Notes under the pieces: generated by a model
What the model was told of the DNA's origin: nothing
The model's input: the letters and a program-made list of their open reading frames with translations, nothing else
Databases searched by the model: none
Part shown: in pieces, positions 53,924 to 55,752 of the stretch
Numbering within the stretch: the first letter of the stretch is position 1
Layout: the number at the start of each line of letters is the position of its first letter
Program-made: the position numbers and the translations under genes
IMG/VR virus record: IMGVR_UViG_3300028028_000007
Location: 62,001 to 117,752 of that record
Reading direction: 5' to 3' (one strand)
Origin: an uncultured virus (IMG/VR IMGVR_UViG_3300028028_000007)
Lineage: Duplodnaviria > Heunggongvirae > Uroviricota > Caudoviricetes
Length of the DNA stretch: 55,752 nucleotides

Positions 53924-54769
53924 ATGGCCATCATCACCACCAGCATCGGCACCTGGACCCTCTCCCCCCTTGGGGACAATCGCTGGTCGTTGACCTGCGA
54001 CGACGAGAACATCAACATCGACAACCTGCCCCCGAATGTGTGGCCTGGCGATGAGGAGATCGCCCTGGCGCTCGGCCAGGTCGAGGGCGTCCAGTTTATG
54101 GACGTGGGAGACCACCCCACCAAACTGGAGGGGATCTACAAGGCCATCCCGGACATCGACCAGTGGGCAGAGACCGAGGCTGACGCCTACTTGGCCTCCC
54201 CTGAGATGCGCGCCTGGCGTCAGCGGCACCCAGGTGCGACGGCCGAGGACATCCTCGCCGACTGGGAAGGCGCCTGGCCCTGCCACGACCACCGCCGGGC
54301 GTGGGTCGCTCTCGTTCGACACACCCGAGCCCTGCTGGAGGCAGAGGAGGTCGAGGACGGCGGGGAAGAGGGAGAAGAGGACGACTCCGTGCCTTGTTCG
54401 ATCTGCGGCGCCACCGAGCACGCCGACAACCTGATCGCGTCTGGGTGGATGCCGTACTACTACCTGGAGGGGACTGAGATCGAGCAGGGGCCGTGCTGCG
54501 CGCACTGTGCCGCTTCCCTCCGTGAAGGGGAGGACGGCGAGTACGAGTTGCCGCTGGGCTCCGTTGGCCACCCCTTCCCAGCCGACCATCCGGTCACCAT
54601 CCAGTGCGTTGAGCGTGGCCTGTTCGCCGCTCAGCAGTCAGGCCTCACCGTCCGCAGCGCCGCGTGCCCCGACTGCGGGGACGCTGCCGAGAAGCCCTAC
54701 GACCCAGACTGCCCCACCTGCTATGGGAACGAGTATGTGTCCTGCCTCGTGCCGGCCGGGATGGAGTAG
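53924..54769 (+). CDS. Acidic multi-zinc-finger hypothetical protein
   Basis: CSIC, CAHC, CPDC, CPTC; ATG 53924. Confidence 0.75.
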   Translation: MAIITTSIGTWTLSPLGDNRWSLTCDDENINIDNLPPNVWPGDEEIALALGQVEGVQFMDVGDHPTKLEGIYKAIPDIDQWAETEADAYLASPEMRAWRQRHPGATAEDILADWEGAWPCHDHRRAWVALVRHTRALLEAEEVEDGGEEGEEDDSVPCSICGATEHADNLIASGWMPYYYLEGTEIEQGPCCAHCAASLREGEDGEYELPLGSVGHPFPADHPVTIQCVERGLFAAQQSGLTVRSAACPDCGDAAEKPYDPDCPTCYGNEYVSCLVPAGME

Positions 54770-54771
54770 CC

Positions 54772-55026
54772 ATGACCAGCACCAACAGCGTCAACGTGGA
54801 GAACACCAACATGCGCCAGATGTACCGGGTCGAGTTCACCGACGAGGTGGCCACCGAGTGGGTCGCCCATGAGGCGGCTGAGGGGATGGGGCTGATGGGC
54901 ATCTACACCAGCACCGTGGGGCGGACGATCACGGCCTGGGGGGAGTGTGAGGAGGGTGCGGAGGAGCTGCTGGAGCAGAGCATGGACGATGATGACCGCG
55001 TGGCGTCTTACCAGGTGGTGATGTGA
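54772..55026 (+). CDS. Small acidic hypothetical protein
   Basis: GGAG RBS, TGATG-coupled to the radC-like gene. Confidence 0.7.
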   Translation: MTSTNSVNVENTNMRQMYRVEFTDEVATEWVAHEAAEGMGLMGIYTSTVGRTITAWGECEEGAEELLEQSMDDDDRVASYQVVM

Positions 55027-55532
55027 TGGCCTCGAAACTGGAGCTGAAGCGGCTGCTGGTGAAGGCCGCTACCGACCCGGCGTTGGCAGCTAAGATCCTC
55101 ATGGCTGCCGAGGGGGAGGATCTTCCCGTACCCGTGGCCAATGCTGAAGTAGCCCAGGCCCGGTTCGCCCCCCTGATCGGCTGGGAGGAGCAAGAGTGCC
55201 TGGCGGTCCTGGCACTGACCCGGCGGTATGCCGTCGTGGACTGCGAAGTCCTGACCCGGGGAAACGATGTTCACACCATCGTGGACCCGCGCCAGGTCCT
55301 GCGCTGGGCGCTCACCCGGGACCGGCCCGTGAGTGCCCTGATCATCGGCCACAACCACCCCAGCGGTGATCCCAGCCCGTCTGGGGCTGACCTTGAGGTG
55401 ACCCAGAAGCTCGACGCGGCCTGCAAGATTCTTGGCATCGCCTTGCTCGACCACTTGATCCTCGCTCGGGGACGGTGGAAGTCCATGCAAGAAGAGGGCT
55501 TGTTGATGTTCCGCACCGGAGAACCACGATGA
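55026..55532 (+). CDS. radC: RadC-like JAB/MPN domain protein
   Basis: EQE, VDPRQV, HNHPSGDPSPSGAD, LGIALLDHLI. Confidence 0.92.
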   Translation: MASKLELKRLLVKAATDPALAAKILMAAEGEDLPVPVANAEVAQARFAPLIGWEEQECLAVLALTRRYAVVDCEVLTRGNDVHTIVDPRQVLRWALTRDRPVSALIIGHNHPSGDPSPSGADLEVTQKLDAACKILGIALLDHLILARGRWKSMQEEGLLMFRTGEPR

Positions 55533-55752
55533 ACAGCACCACCCAGAGTTTCACCCTCGCGGGGATCGACGCGGTTCCTGTCACCATCACCGCGAAAGTG
55601 GGCAGCGGGAGCGGGAGTTTCACAGGCCTCCCTGCCCTTAGTGCTAGGAAGTACGTCAGGCGCATCAGAAGCGCCGTTCAGGCTGCGGGGTTCACCTGGC
55701 CGGATGATGTGCAGGTCCATGCGGAACCGGCAGGCCGGGCCGGATCAACCGC
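55529..55752 (+). CDS. Partial ORF resembling the N-terminal domain of ComM/YifB (Mg-chelatase-related) proteins
   Basis: Absent from the ORF track because it runs off the end. My translation: MNSTTQSFTLAGIDAVPVTITAKVGSGSGSFTGLPALSARKYVRRIRSAVQAAGFTWPDDVQVHAEPA, which matches the GIDA..V / GLP / R.RSA...GF..P pattern. Confidence 0.7.
   Translation, partial: MNSTTQSFTLAGIDAVPVTITAKVGSGSGSFTGLPALSARKYVRRIRSAVQAAGFTWPDDVQVHAEPAGRAGST

Larger units (their letters stand above)
1..55752. mobile_element. Segment of a large bacterial virus / virus-like element (ends not visible)
   Basis: Phage-type gene set (UDG-PolA, Sak4-like ATPase, SSB, Cas4-like nuclease, DarB-like protein, NADAR, RadC), many short unknown ORFs with overlapping start/stop codons, no core cellular genes. 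No integrase or att site recognised. Confidence 0.85.

Overview
This is a GC-rich, gene-dense 55.7 kb segment with no rRNA, tRNA or cellular housekeeping genes. It reads as part of a large bacterial virus or virus-like element, and both ends are cut inside gene clusters. Recognisable functions, from left to right: NADAR, an AAA+ ATPase, an SNF2-like helicase, a DUF3987-like ATPase, an AT-rich repeat-laden origin-like region (10.5-11.1 kb), a 2000-aa DarB-like methylase-SNF2 fusion, a Cas4/RecB-like nuclease, a DUF4326-SLOG fusion, a Sak4-like ATPase and SSB, a UDG-exonuclease-PolA fusion, a Rad50-like ATPase, a 2010-aa UvrD-like fusion protein, an XRE regulator, and an early-type cluster with RadC and a ComM-like N-terminus. 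The most interesting part is the co-oriented block at 13.4-27.7 kb. It shows no terminase, portal, HK97 capsid or tail motif. It instead holds beta-rich capsid-like proteins, a transglutaminase-like Cys-His-Asp enzyme, membrane proteins, histone-like basic proteins and recurring Val-Gly junctions. I infer, without being able to prove it here, the virion module of a tailless, protease-matured, possibly membrane-containing virus. All family calls come from motif recognition by eye; no searches were run and the host cannot be determined.
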